Positions 27,159 through 40,937 are shown, numbered from the stretch's first letter. The stretch: DNA of 64,000 bases from the human T2T-CHM13v2.0 reference genome, Homo sapiens (GCF_009914755.1 NC_060927.1), one strand, 5' to 3'. A program made the numbers and translations. The notes: generated by a model not told the origin, from the sequence alone.

Positions 27159-30100
27159 ATTGGTCCCTTCCCTCCTTCACCCTGGCCTGCTGCCTCCCAT
27201 CTTAGCATCCCGCCACCTCACATGCAGCCTTACACTGGAGTGGTTTGTGTCCCTGAGGAATTTGCTCCAGGTCATGTGGGTAGAGAGCTGGGCAACCAGT
27301 GTTGTTCTGGCATAATGCCCTTTCCTGTCTCCATTTTAAACACAAGGAAGCCATAAGTGAAATTAAGTGCCTTTGCCTAGGTCAGAAGCCAGTTAGTAGT
27401 CAAGTAGGGACCTAAATCCAAGTGTTCTGGCTCGAGTCCACTGTGATTTCCACCACGCCATACGGCCATTCATTTTATTGGCTGGAGTACAGCAGCATCT
27501 AAGCTGGCATTGAGCTTCACTTCCATGCTAACTTGGAGAGTCTAAGATTCTGAGGGACCAGGAAGAAGCAGCCTGGGTGGTGAAATGTAGACAGAGATTT
27601 GGATGAGAGATGGGGAGTGAGCGTTGGGAGCTGAGCCTGGTACGTCTCTCAGGACTGGTGCCTGTGTGGCTTGTCTCGGAGAAGGCTAGGGGAAGATAAT
27701 GCCAGACAGTGCTGGTCTTGGCCTGTCCATGGGCTTTGGAGTCTGATGGGTGACCTGGGCCAAGTCATTCTATCTGCTTAAGCCTCAGGGTCTTCATTTG
27801 TAAAACAGGTGTATTTTGTTGCAGAGGTTTTATGAAGATTAAATCCCATGCCTTACAGATGCTCACTGCCTGTTCACGGGCTTTCCTGTCTGCATGGGTT
27901 TGCTCTGTGAGTCAGTGGTCCCTCATCAGAGCCTGTCCCAGAGCATGCTGGGTGGCTCTGTAGGCTTTGTATCCTCAGGCTGACCACAGCAGGCATGTAT
28001 TGGTAAGAATCTGAGCAGAATAGAGGCATGTGAGCTTGAGAGGGCTGGAGGGTGTGGGGGGAGATAGTATCAGAGAGCTCTTTTGGTTACTTCTGGGGGA
28101 GCGGGATTTCAATAACTGCTGGTTCCCAGGCCCAGGTGAGGATCCCAAAGTGAGGATCCTGAGAATCCTGAGGGATGCCTTTTCTCCAAGCCACATGACT
28201 GAGAAAACAGGGGATTCCCAGGCTATGCGCAGAGGACAAGCTACAAATTATCTTGCTGTGCAGACAGCTAGCAGCAAGTTACAACCCCAGGAATCCTGAG
28301 AAACAGCTCTTCTTATCCAGGTCACCGTACTCATTCTCTTGATTTGTGAAAGTCCAGGCTATGACAGAATCCATTTCCATCAGGGAAATTGGCAAGGGGC
28401 CATTAGCTTGTGACTGTTGGCCTGGGGACAAGGAGAGGGGAGTGGGAGGATGCTTAACAAGGTGGCCACATCTCTGGCACCGTAGCCAGAGCGACAGCTG
28501 GAGGGAACAACAGCCTGAGTTCCAGTTCCAGACCCACTGTGCGTTCGTTCTGTGCCACAGGGCTAGTTACAGAACCGCTCTTCATCTGTCTTCTCAGCTG
28601 TAAGATGGTGATACGAGAACAAGGCAATGAGCTGGGTGTTTAGATGCTGTGGAGTGTGTACGTGACGCAGTAAGCAGAGTGCCTGGCATGTAATCAGGAT
28701 TCGATAAATGGTAGCTGTTCTTATTTATTATTGCTGTCGACTCTGTTAACATCCAGCATCCAGTTTAGACTCTTCCAAATTTCAATTTTTTGTGCCATCA
28801 GCCACATTAAAAGACTGGTGCCAATAAGGTTTTAAAATGAAATGCCTCTCATAACAGAGAAAGTCCCAGTAACTATAAGATGTTCCTGTGCTTACTCGAG
28901 AGAACACACTTTCTCCTGGGTCTGTGCCCTGGGTAATCACAGTGATTCATAGCAGGAAAGGTGGCCCTGTAGGCTCCCTCAGGACTGAGGGGGCTGTGTG
29001 GCTCCCACAGGTCCCCATGCAGGGGTCTCTGCCTGCAGGGCCCAGGAGGCCACCACTGCTGAGAAGCTGTTCCTGCCACCGGCAGCGATCTTCACCCCAA
29101 GCTCCCTGCATGTTGGGCTTGTCCTTCATTTCGGGTTGGCCAGCGCCCATTTGCTATTTGGTACTCTTTTTCATTCTTCTGTGGACAGAAGGAGGTGAAA
29201 GGGCACTAGTATTTATCAGACTCTTCCTGTGGTTCAGGCAAACCTTGAAGCACTTTGGGTAGGTTATCTCATTTATGACTCTCTTTTTATAGATAATTAA
29301 ATTGGGAGTCAGTGAAGTGAACAGACTTGCCCAAGTCACTGAGCTGGTGAGCAGGAGAGTAAGGTTCCAGTTCAAGCCAGCCTGCCTCCAGAATCCACCA
29401 CCCTGGGGTGTGGCGAGGGAACACAGCTGGGACAGGATCAAGCAATAGGGTTTTGAGTGCCAGGGGTTTGGGCTTTATTTTGATGCCTTGGGAAGCCATC
29501 GGAAGTGTCTGAGCTTTGAAATGACATGATCAGATGTGTGTTTTAAGAAAATAGCTCTGGAAGTAGTGAATTAAGTCTGTTAAGCCACAACTTTCTCATC
29601 CTATCCCTGTACAGTTGGTTATTTTTAAACCCAAGTGCAGGAAATGTTTCTCTCTGATTTCATGCGCATTTCAGCCTATTGTTTCAGGCTGTGTCTTTTA
29701 GCCTGTGTGTGTTTGTGTGTGTGCCTGTGTGTGCACAATGCACCAGGAGATGTGGGGGGACACAGTACACCAGCAGCAAAGAAGAATGCCTGTAGATGGC
29801 GTCTGCCATGCAGCCACTGGCTTTGACAACTGTGACTTGTGACAGTGTGGAAAACAGGAATTTTATCTCTCACATACCTCGGCAGACATGGAACAAGATG
29901 GGACGCCAAAATAAAATGACTGATTCTTTAACAAATACAACAGAATTTACACATATTCCACTCACTCCATCTGAGCAAATTGATTGGGACTTCTGTTTTT
30001 GAATCTCAGAGATAAGGGCATCATTTATTCTCCCCTTCTCAGTCAAAAAATATTCGTTGAGTTCCTACAATATACAGGCATTCCTTCACTCTGCATTTCT

Positions 30101-30319
30101 TGTCCCTCAGGCCTCATCTTCTGTGATTATTAGAAGATGACGTGTGTGTGCATATATATCATCACTGTAAAAATGGACCTTTTAAATCTCTCCTGGAACT
30201 GTGCATAGTCCTAGAAATCTACAGTATGTAGATTTAGTGTCCACACATTCTCTGATAGGCTGTTTACTGTAGCATCTTAAAATGAGGAAGGATGTAAAAT
30301 ATTCAGAGTATATACATAT

Positions 30320-33300
30320 CTTCCAGGTTTTTCAAAAGGAAAAAGTTTCGTCTTCTGATTTATAAAAATGATACATGAATATTGTAAAAGGAAATCAAAC
30401 AATACAGAAAAATGCAAAGTTTTAAAAAATCCAGAATCTCTTCCTGCTTCAGTTTGGTGACATCACTCCATGTTCACGGAGCACAGCCACACAGCTGCAC
30501 ATAAATGAGACCATGAGTTTGTGTTCAACACACAGTTCAGTGTGTGCTATTTTCCCTCATCTATATGCTGTGCACAATATTTGTATATCAGTAAATGTAG
30601 ATTTAGATCTTCATTTTTAATTATCCTATTATTCTTGTATATGGTTATACCAGAATTTATGTAACCAATCACTTATTGATGAATCCTTGTGTGGTTTTCT
30701 ACGTTTTATCAATATAATCGGCACTGTGACAGACAGCCTTATTTGTGTTTGTGTGCTTATATGTTTAAATTCTTCTAGAGGGAGTTTCTGGGTCAAAGGA
30801 TACACACACCAAAAAAAACATATGCATACAGGTTTATATGCTTACATTTGACCTGCTAACCCTTCAAAAGAAAAATGTACCAATTTTCACTCCAAAAACG
30901 CTAGAGAGTGTTCCATTTTCCCAGGACTTCCCAAGCACAGGATTTTCAGCAATATTTTTTCAAAGCATCTTTACTGCTATCAAAGGAGAAAAATACCCTC
31001 ACTTTTAAAACTCCTCATTTCTTCAAGTATTAAGTGAGGGTAAAAACCCTTTCCTATATTATTGGCCATTTGTTTTTCTTTTTTTATGAGTTGTTTACTT
31101 ACAGCCTTTCCCATTTTTCTCCTTATTATTCATTTTTAACAGGTCTTTGTGTGATGGTGTTATTAATCTTTTATCATTTTTCTTGTGACTGTTTTCTAGT
31201 TAATTTTTTGTTTAACTTTTGCTTTTTGGAAGTTGATGTGGAGATGGGAACCAAATGTATTTTTGTTGCCAATTTTTCTATTTGTAACTTACATTATATT
31301 ACAAAGACCTTTCCACCCCAGTGAAGGTCTATAATCGTATGCACCCATATTTTTAGGACAAGTACTTCTATGATTTTATTTTCTGCCATTAAATTGTTGT
31401 TCCAAATAGCCTCCCTAGGATTTACTTAGGAGTAAGATGTGAACGAAGTAAAGATCTGCTTTCATTTTATTTTTTCCAAACAAAATATCCTTTGTCCCAT
31501 TAGCACTGATATAAAATTTCACCTAATCATATGCTAAATTCCTTCTTACACACTTGAGTCTATTTCTAGACTCTTTTCCAGGCCACTTCTGCATGTTTTA
31601 AACCTGTTTAAGACATATTAGGAAGCTATAGTTATTTAAAATATTAAATAATCTGGCTGAGCAAGCTTTTCTGCCTTGATGATCTTTTTGCATCTTCTCT
31701 TTTGAGGTTGAATTTAGAATCACTTTGTCAAACTTTCCCAACCCCACTCCCAGCCAGGAGAAGAAAATCTAGATAGACTCTTTTTTTGGGGGATAAGTGC
31801 GTCCTTTTGAGTACATCCAGTTCTATCAAATTGCCGTCATTGTTGGTCTATTTTGAAATAATTTCAAACCCATAGAAAGATTGTAAGAACAAACACCACA
31901 AAGGATTCCTGCATCTCCTTAACCAAGATTCCCTGATTTTTTACATGTTACAGAATTTGCTTCATCACCTTTTCTCTCTAGATGAAAACATTGTCTTTTT
32001 CTGACATGATAACTCCTTACCCCTAAATACTTCCATGCACCATGGGCCTCCCAAGAATACCTCCTCCTTGGTCACCTCACACTGCTGCCGATGAGGAAAT
32101 CAGCACTGACTCAACAGGACTGTCAGCCCACAGACCACACTTCACCTGCTACCCTAATGTTGTCGTTTCCTTTCTGGTCCAGGAATCTGTCATGCATCAT
32201 CAGCTCCTTCATATGGAACAGTTCCTTACTCTTTCGTGTCTCTCTCCACCCTGACAGACTTGAAGAAAGTGCAGGGCTTTCATCTGTAGGGAGAGCCCCA
32301 GCCCTGGCCCACCTGGTGTTTCCTCATGACCAGACTCAAGCCGTGCATTCTTGGCAGGAAGACCCCAGAACTGGTGCTATGTTTGTGAGGTGCATCCCAT
32401 CAGTAGGCTCAAGAGGCCACCTGTCCTACCACTAGTGATGCTGACCTAGACCTGGTCACATTGGTATCTCCACGGTCTCCCTGCTGTGAAGGCCTTATTT
32501 TCCCTTTGTGTTTGCTTAGTATTTTGTGGGGGAGATACTCCAGTGTTATGCCAGTATCCTGATCCTCATCTAACTTCCACTCATCAGCCTTAGCTTCCAT
32601 TGAGAACATTGTGATGATCTATTTCCATCATTTCTTCTACATTTATGAATTGATATTCTATTAAAGGAGGAGTTTCCCCTTCTCTCTTTAGTTATGTAAC
32701 TATTCATTTATTTGGTTATGTTAGTAAGGAGTCAAGGACTCATATTTATTCATTGGGCTATAATCTATAACTTATTTTAATATTCAAAATGCCATAGATT
32801 TTGCCCTTCAAACTGACTCTCCTTCCTTTGGCATGTCTCTTCATTATTTACTTTCTAGCGCAAGGTGTTCAGGCTCATCTTGTCCTTTCTCTGCCCCAGC
32901 CCTGGAGTCAGCCGTTTCTCCCAGGAGCCACATTCCTTCTGTTGGAGGATGCTGCTAGAAACCATGCTCTGGGATCTGAGCTCCGGGTGTGCTCCCTGCT
33001 ATGGAGGTGTCATTGCTTCTAGGTGCTCTCAGTGGGAAGAGCTGGGAAACATGGATGTGTGTACACAGAGTGCATGTGTATGTAGATGTGTGTGCATGTA
33101 CATCCACAGTGCATGCGTGAGGACTGCCATCTGTGTGTGGGGGGGAGTATTTCACAAGTCCATAGTGATACTTCCAGTTCTAATATCTGGAGGCTCTTTG
33201 TAGGGCTCTCTCTCTCTCCTTTTCCATGTGTAAATCTCCCTTCTCATAGAGCATGAGACTTGGCTGTTTTCTTCAACAGGATATGTATTTGCTCAATCAG

Positions 33301-33330
33301 TGAACTTTTGTTTCAATGTAACCAGTCTCT
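30320..33330 (-). mobile_element. Ancient L1M (L1ME/L1MC-like) fragments
   Basis: AT-rich antisense L1 3' motifs: 'ttctgggtcaaaggatac', 'tgtaccaattttcactcc', 'tttgaaataatttcaaac', 'gtggggagatact'. Confidence 0.6.
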
Positions 33331-34154
33331 CAACCATGCCAGCCGCCTTTTCAGCTGCCACGTCCCCTCCTGGACCCCACCGGCTGCCTTAGCTGCAAGC
33401 AGGCCACTGCCACCACCTCCTAATGACGCCCCCCACTACCACCCCACTCCCTGTGACTTCTGCTGGGAGGGAAAAGGACAATTGAAGGACAAGGCTTTCA
33501 TTCTTTGTTTTTTCGGAAAACAACTCAAAGTCCTTTCGTGACTTCAGGTTGATGGAAGTTAGGAAATCGGAACAGAGTGTGCCTTCACCTCTGCATGGCT
33601 GTGGGATGTGTCCACTTTCCCTCTGCCTCGTTTTGCCTCCTCACCTGGGGTCAGGTTGTATCAGGTGTCTTGCCAGACCCCAGTAGCGGGTGGCTGACCC
33701 TGTGGTTGTTCTAAGGGAAGTCAGTTCTGGTCCAAAGCCAAGGTGTGGCAGTAGAAGTTGAGGCACATTTTCTGGGTGCTTTCTATCCTAAAAACACATG
33801 GTCTGCAGTCCCCCTTTTTCTGGGTGACATGAGGTACGGTGAGAGGTGAGTCCTGGAGGACCTCTTTGGCCTCCTCTGGTGTCCGTGATGGGGTAGCGAG
33901 GTAGGGCTGTCATAATGAAGGAGGCCCAGTGTCTGAGAGCTCTTCTTTGCAATACTTAGGGTTTACCACGGTGTTCTGTGCAGCTCCAGTTTCTGAATGT
34001 GCTCGAGGAAGACAGTAGAGGGAGGGGAAAGGGTCATAGATGGGGGGCCCAGGTCTTCTGGGAGGCCCTATAGGAATCTGTTTTTCCTTTTAGGTTATGA
34101 GTGAGCTGCCAGCTGATAAAACACTATCGCAGCTTAAAAAACTATGAACTTCAT

Positions 34155-34312
34155 GAAAACTAATTCAGAATGGACCATAGACCTAAATGTAAAACGCAAA
34201 ACTGTGAAACTCCTAGAAGATAACATAGGAGAAAAAGATGTCCTTGGGTTTGATGATGACTCTTAGATATAATGCCAAACAGTGCATGAAAGGAAGAATT
34301 GATAAGTTGGAT
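34155..34312 (+). mobile_element. L1 ORF2 fragment
   Basis: 'atggaccatagacctaaatgtaaaacgcaaaactgtgaaactcctagaagataacataggagaaaa' encodes the WI.DLNVK..T.KLLE.NIGE region of ORF2. Confidence 0.85.
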
Positions 34313-35624
34313 CCACAGTGAGGATGGGAGAAGGAGGTAGGTTACAGAATTTCCACACACCTGGCAATAGGCGCTGAGCTGTGTTCAGGAATAGAAGCTA
34401 AGAGAAGGTGAGAATGCAGGACACGGCATGGCCCAGACAGACGCCTGTTCAGCCAGGGGCTGGGCACATGGTCCAGGGCTCAGCCCACCGGGTTACAAAG
34501 GCCCCAGGTCAGACTGCACACATCCACATCTGGTGTGTCAGTCAGATCTGGCCTCTGCCCCTAGAAGCTGGAAGAAGGTGGAGCCCCAATGACTTAATTA
34601 TTGATGCTCTGCCTACCTCAATTTATTTATAGAATATCTGCTTCCTGCATAGTATTCTGTGAGGACCTTACAGCCGAGGTAATAAGCTGTGGTTCCTGGC
34701 TTCCAGGCACTCCTGTCTAGTGGGGAGACAGCATGTCCCACATGACTGGGTGCAGTGTGCTCAGATGGTCTATGTCACAGGACCCTCTCAGGTGAGCAGG
34801 CCAGGGAGGCCACAGAGCAGAAGTGACACTGGGTCAGTAACACTTCCTCCCAGTGAGAGGGGACAGAGAGGCGGGGCTGGCGGCCTGTCCACATAGGACT
34901 ACACAGACGCACAGCACCTGTGTGACAGCGGGAAGAAGGGCAGGTAACCTTCAGGGGAAGTTGTGGTTAGCAGACAGACATGGGGGCAGATTGGAGAAGG
35001 AGTCAAGAGTGTTCCTGAAATCTGGGGCCCAGTGGCCCAGGCGTGGGGGCAGTTGATGACAATCAGGCAGGATGGAGACTTACCTTCTCCTCAGGACTGG
35101 GGCCTAGAGGGGCCGGAATGCCTCGCTGTGGAGTTGGCCTTGCCTCTAGGCCTTGTGGCTGTGGGTGGGTGAGAGGGGTCCCTGAGGGCAGGGCAGAGGT
35201 TTCATTGTTTGTGAGTCTGGTCACCATGGGATGGGCACTTAGTAAATAGTTGTCCCTTGAAGGAAGGAAGGACATTCATTTAGCATAGGTCTTTACGGGG
35301 GCGTTTTAGGCTGGTACGATGGAGTTTGTGGAAAAGGCTGGGGAGAAGAGGCCAGGTAGGAGGGAGGCTCAGGGCAGCAGAGCAGGCACGGGCGGCTCTT
35401 GTGAGGAGGACTTTGGCTCACTGTGAACTGGCCATGTGCTTGTGTGGAGCTGGCCAGCCCTCGGGTTCTGGGAGCTCTGACCTTCAGGATTGCTGAGGCC
35501 AAAGCACAGAGCTGGAAGGGCAGGCCTGTGGGGGGCGCCATCCTCTGGGGAGCTTTGGGCCAGAGCACCCCCACCATCATGAGTCAGAAAGATCCCTCTA
35601 GTTGATGTCAGCAAGGAGCCAGGC

Positions 35625-36073
35625 TGGAGGAGCAGACTCGAGCAGGGAGACTTGGGTTGGGAAGACTCGAGTGGGGAGACTTGGGAGCGGGGAAAGTCGG
35701 GAACAGGGAGACTCTAGGTGGGAGACTCAGGGGAGACTTGGGAGGGGGGAGACTTGAATAGAGAGACTCGGGATGGGGAGACTCAGTGTAGGGGAGACTC
35801 GGTGTGGCGGAGACTTGATGGGGGAGACTCGGTGTGGGGGAGACTTGATGGGGGAGACTCAAGTCGGGAGACTCAGGGAGACTCAAGCGGGGAGACTTGG
35901 GAGATTCGGGGGAAGACTCAAGCGGGGAGACTCGGGGAGACTCGAGTAGGGAGACATGGGGAGACTCGGGGGGAGACTTGAGTGGGGAGACTCGAGCGGG
36001 GACACTCAGGGAGACTCAAGGCAGGAGACATGGGGAGACTAAAGGGGTAAACTTGGGGAGACTTGAGGGGGGA
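35625..36073 (+). repeat. G-rich minisatellite with core GGGAGACT(C/T)
   Basis: Roughly 30 copies of GGGAGACTY or close variants, separated by short variable G-rich spacers. Confidence 0.92.
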
Positions 36074-38398
36074 AGTGAATTAGCCAGAAGGTGAGCTAAA
36101 GTTTCCAGCAGAGAGGCGGCAAGGACTCTAAGACGACAGGGGGTGGGGAACAGGCAGCCACCCACAGTCTGGAGTGCTAGGGACCCACCCAGTGCCAGTT
36201 GGGTGACAGCTCCCTGCTTTGTTGAGGACCCAGTGCTGAGGGAAGGTCACGTCATAGGATTGTGCTCAAGAGCCTCCCGCAGCCCCACACAGAGCAGGGT
36301 TGGGGCAGCCCAAGGACTCCCCTGTGTCCAGAGGCCATGGCTGCAAGGGGCTGCCATGGTGAGTCTCATTGGCAGAAACAGCGCCAGAAAGCTCTTCAGC
36401 CACAGGCGGGCTGGAAGTCGTCATCCCCCAGCACCAAAGGCCACCATGGCCCTGCCCTTTCCTTCCGCCTTGCCAAAGCCCAGAAAGCGCCCCACCTGGC
36501 TTCCTCTGACATCTAGTGAATGAGGGTGCATCTCCTCTTAGGGAAAGTGTGCATTCTTTATTTTTTTCCAACAAAGAAACAAAGAGGAATGGCCCTTTCT
36601 TCTTTCCGTGTGTGTGAGAGAGAAGGGATAGTCCTGGACAATCCTGTCACACGCAGCCTCTGCCTCACTAAGCAGCAGCCAGGGGCTCGTTTGTGTCTCA
36701 GGCCCTCTTGGGAGCAATGCACCCCCAGGCTCTCTCGCAAGCCTCAGCTCTCAAACAGGCCCCTCTCCCACCTGAGGGATGGGGCAGCTGGAGCCCGGCA
36801 TCCTGCAGTTGATAGCAATCCCGTGTGGCGTGTTGATCGATGGCAGGACCTCTGGGTTCCACTTACCCAGGCTGAGTGGCACATCGTCAATAGCAGTCAG
36901 TTAACCAAGTCCTTAGTAACCAGCTGGTCTCATCAGCGCCTCAGCCCTAGCCACGGGTTAAAGCAGAAACCCCTCCTGAACAGCTAGATTGGACCTGACC
37001 AAGATGAATGTCTAATTCACTCGGAATCTCCTTACTGCTGCCTGTAATAAAAAGCCTGCTCCATGTATTCACCCCCCTGCTGATGTTTCTCTGAAATTAA
37101 GTATCAGGAGGACATATAATAGCCCAGTTCCACACCAGGCCAATATTATCAGATTGATGTCAGCAGTGATAATAGGAGAAGGATAAGTTGATGAGATTCC
37201 ATTTATTAAATAAAGTGAAGAGAGCACACAGAGGATTTGGGGCCACACGTGTGAGCAGGCGCTGGGCGCGCTCCACAGGAGAAAGAGAGAACAGGGCCTG
37301 GCGTCTGGTCCCGAATCCCTCTTCTTGCCCACCTGGGAGCTGGAGTGCCCGCCGTCATGGGAACGACTTGGCCACCTACGATGTGTGCACCCAAGATGGG
37401 AAGGTGCCACCCATGCTTCTGCCAGGCTGGTCTCATGACAGGACGCTTCCGCTCACTTCTGTTTGCTTTTCTTCCCACCTCATGTTGATGCTGCAGGCTG
37501 CCATGAGTTCATGTCTTCCTCTCTCACTTTCCTCCCTGTGGCTCCTGGGCTGGGAGCTTCCCGGCTGCCCAATGGGAGTTGGCAAGCTTCTGCCCCATGC
37601 AGAGCCCTGCCTAATGTGGTTCGGGGCAACTGTCTTTTCTTTTTCTGAGTACCCTTGGTTGTCTCTTTCAGAATGTCTTGGAATTTTCTAATGGCAGAGT
37701 GGAGCTCATGTGGCGGTGCAGAGAGCAAGAGCTATGGAGCTGAGCACACTCCACTCTTCCTATCCCAGGCCCCTCTCACTGCTCTGTGACTGCGGGCCAG
37801 TCACGTGAGCTGCCTGTGACTTACCAACCCCGTCTGCAGAACGGGGTGGGAAGGCCCAGCTCACAGGGTTGTTGTGAACCTAGAACACAGGAAGCCCTGA
37901 CAGGCAGAAGTTCCCAAGACCACAGACATCCAGATCCACTCTCAAATGAGGCCGAATTTTCTGCCCGTGCTGTTGACCATCAGCTCCCCTCCCACAGGCT
38001 GATCCTCATCCCAGATCTCTCCCAGTGCAGAAGACTTCCTGGGCAGCACCTGGAAGCAGCTTTAGGAACCGGCTCATAAGCTACGGCTCCTCCCCTTTTC
38101 CATTATGTGGGTTAAGGTGAGTCAGTTCATCTCTAAATAAAATAACGCCTTACAGGGGAGGACAGAGATTGGAGACACCATGTGCAGACCCTGGCATGGA
38201 GCCTGGCATGTGGTGGGCATTGAAGTGTAGCGGCTATTGCTGATGTGCGCCTGGGCCCAGCCACCATGCCGTGGAAAGTGCACACTGCTCTCAGAAAACG
38301 ATCAGAGATACATTGGTCCCCCGGTCATTCCTGCCCATCCCCGCTCCCCACTCTACTTCTGGGAAACGGGTCCAACCCCTTTGCAGCATGCCTGATGA

Positions 38399-38858
38399 CA
38401 TGGGTTTCCCAGGGCTGCCAAAACAAAGCACCACATGTCAGGCCTTTCAGCCCAGAAACTTATCCTCTCACAGTTCTGGAGGGCAGAGGTCCACAATTAA
38501 GGTGTTGGTGGTCCAGTCTCGCCCTCAGGCTGGAGGGGAAATCTGTTGCAGCCCCTCCTAGGCTGCTGGTGGTGCTGGCATCCTTGGCATTCCGGGACAC
38601 ACATACTGTTGGGCACACACATCGCTCTACTGTCAGCCTCGGTCCCCATAGTGCCTCCTCCCTGTGTTGTGGTCTCTGTGTCTCCTCTCTTCTTCACAAG
38701 AGAATATGAATGGGATTCGTACTGGATTAGGGGCCCACCCTACCCCATATGCCCTTGTCTTAACTAATCACATCTGTAACAACCCTGTTTCCCAATAAGG
38801 CCATGTTCCGAGGCTCCAGGAAGGACATGAATTTGAGGGGATCATCAAACCCACTAAC
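38399..38858 (-). mobile_element. MaLR LTR (MLT1C-like)
   Basis: 'agggctgccaaaacaaagcaccac', 'ctctcacagttctggagg', 'ggattaggggcccaccct', 'cttaactaatcacatctgtaacaaccctgtttccc'. Confidence 0.8.
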
Positions 38859-40644
38859 CTTTGCACATGTCTAGTTCTCAGGAGCCCCTGGACCCCTCAA
38901 CTTGACCAGGTTGTCTTCTTCTGACAACAATTTGTGACAGGCACCCTCTCCAAACTGACTTAATCCAAAAGTGGAACATATAGGTTTGTGCTACAGGAAA
39001 GCTAAAAATAGTACCTGGCTTCGAATTGAGGAACTCTTTTGGTGTTAGAGTCTGTTTCCTTTTGGACAGTGGGTCATGGAGTTTGGAAGCCCAGCTTTAT
39101 GTTCTCCCTGGAAGATCACAGTTTCACCCCATACCTTTCACTGGGCCCATGAATGGGTTCATACTAGCCCAGGCTGGCTCATGTGGGCCAAACCCATGCT
39201 ACCCAGGCCAGAAGGGGAAACCTGAGAAATAAAGGGGCATCTCTGCCTTACCTGAGAGTCCTGCTGTGTGAAGTCAGTGCATTAATAGACAGTGGTGGCA
39301 CAGCTCCTGCCTTATAGCACTGCCAGGTCCAGTGTTTCCTTCCCTCCAATGCTCCTGCTTGGCAGAGTCTCAGATACAGCCAGTTGTGTGCTTTGAACCA
39401 GCAGGCTGTGCTGCTGACTCTGAGCCAAGGAGAACAGAAGGGACAACCTGACCCTGTCCAACAGTCTGCATTTCCTATCTAGGCACAAACAGGCAACACT
39501 TCATAACCCAGTGGCGGCCCTGGACCCAGGAGGTTTGTGCAGTCATGGACAGCTACACAGGCGCCTGCCATGGACGGAAGGGAAGGCTGCACAGACACCT
39601 GCCATGGACGGAAAAAGGGAAGGCTGCACCAACAGGTCTGCCGTGGACGGAAGGGAAGGCTGCACGGACTCCTGCTGTGGACGAAAGGGAAGGCTGCCCA
39701 GAGGTCTGCCGTGGACGGAAGGGAAGGCTGCTGCGTGGACTGCCGCCGTGGACGGAAGGGAAGGCTGCTGCCCGGACTGCCGCCGTGGACGGAAGGGAAG
39801 GCTGCTGCCCGGACTGCCGCCGTGGACGGAAGGGAAGGCTGCTGCGCGGACTGCCGCCGTGGACGGAAGGGAAGGCTGTACAGAGCCTTATCACCAATGG
39901 GAAGGAAAGGCTGCACGGAGGCTTGCTTGGATAGAAGGGAAGGGTGCAGATTGTCTTGGACATGAAGGGAAGGCTACACACAGAATTATCATGGATGGAA
40001 GGAAAGCTGCACAGAGGAATGTTAATGACGAGAAGGGAAGAATGCAGAGCCTTGCCATAGATGAGAAGGAAGGATGCACAGAAGCTTTTTTGATGAGAAG
40101 AAAAGGCTGCACAAAACCTTTTCATGGATGGAAGTGAATGCTGCACAGATGTCTTGTCATAGAAGGAAGGGAAGTCTTCAGAGACACTTGTCAGGGAGGA
40201 AGGGAGGGCTGCACAGTGGCTTGTTGTGTTATGAATGGGAAGGAAGACTGCACAGAGGCTTGCCATGGGTGTGAAGGGAAGTCTCCACACAAAATTCTCA
40301 TTCCTGCACAGATGATGGGAAAAGAAGGCCACACAGAGGATTGTCATGGATGGAAGTGAGCACTGCACCAAGTTTTGTCATTGAGGGAAGGGAAGGCTTC
40401 AGAGAGGCTTTCTGTGCATGGAAGAAAAAGTTGTATGCAGGGTAGTCAGAGGCAGAGATAAAGGCTGCACAGAGGCCTCTCATAGAGGGAAGTGTAGTTT
40501 ACAGGAGCTTGTCCTACAAGAAGGGAGGTCTGCAGAGAAGCTTATTGTGGATCAGCAGGAAAGCCGAGCACTAGAATGTCTATGAATTGAATGGAAGACT
40601 GCAATGAAAATTGTCATGGATGGAAGGGAATGCTACAGAGAGAC

Positions 40645-40937
40645 TTTTTTTTCTTTTGAGACAAAGTCTTGCTCTATATCTCAGGCTGGAGTGCAGTGGC
40701 ACGCTCTCTGCTCACTGCACACCTGCCTCCTGGGTGCAAGTGATTCTCCTGCCTCAGCCTCCCAACTAACTGGGATTACAGGCCCTCACCACCATGCCTG
40801 GCTAATTTGTGTATTTTTAGTAGAGATGAGGTTTCACCATGCTGGCCAGGTGGGTCTTGAACTCCTGACCTCAAGTGATCGCCTGCGTCGGCCTCCCAAA
40901 GTGCTAGGATTACAGGCATGAGCCATTGCACCTGGCC
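40645..40937 (-). mobile_element. Alu SINE (AluS-like) inserted in the tandem array
   Basis: Reverse-complement dimer. Array units resume immediately afterwards ('tgcacaggattttcatggatgggaaagaaaggctgcacagagg'). Confidence 0.92.

Noticed and set aside
35608-36094. Pro/Ser-rich and Gly/Glu/Thr/Arg-rich ORFs
   Set aside because: Translations of the GGGAGACTC minisatellite.
39543-39900. CRISPR-like repeat/spacer appearance (constant GGACGGAAGGGAAGGCTGC plus a variable part)
   Set aside because: The variable parts are short and homologous to each other, there are no cas genes, and the DNA is primate. It is a minisatellite.
39479-40371. Overlapping long ORFs (129-272 aa) with repeating peptides on both strands
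   Set aside because: They are translations of the 34/37-bp array. The unit is not a multiple of 3 and lacks stops, so the same peptides appear in every frame. There is no sign of a real gene.
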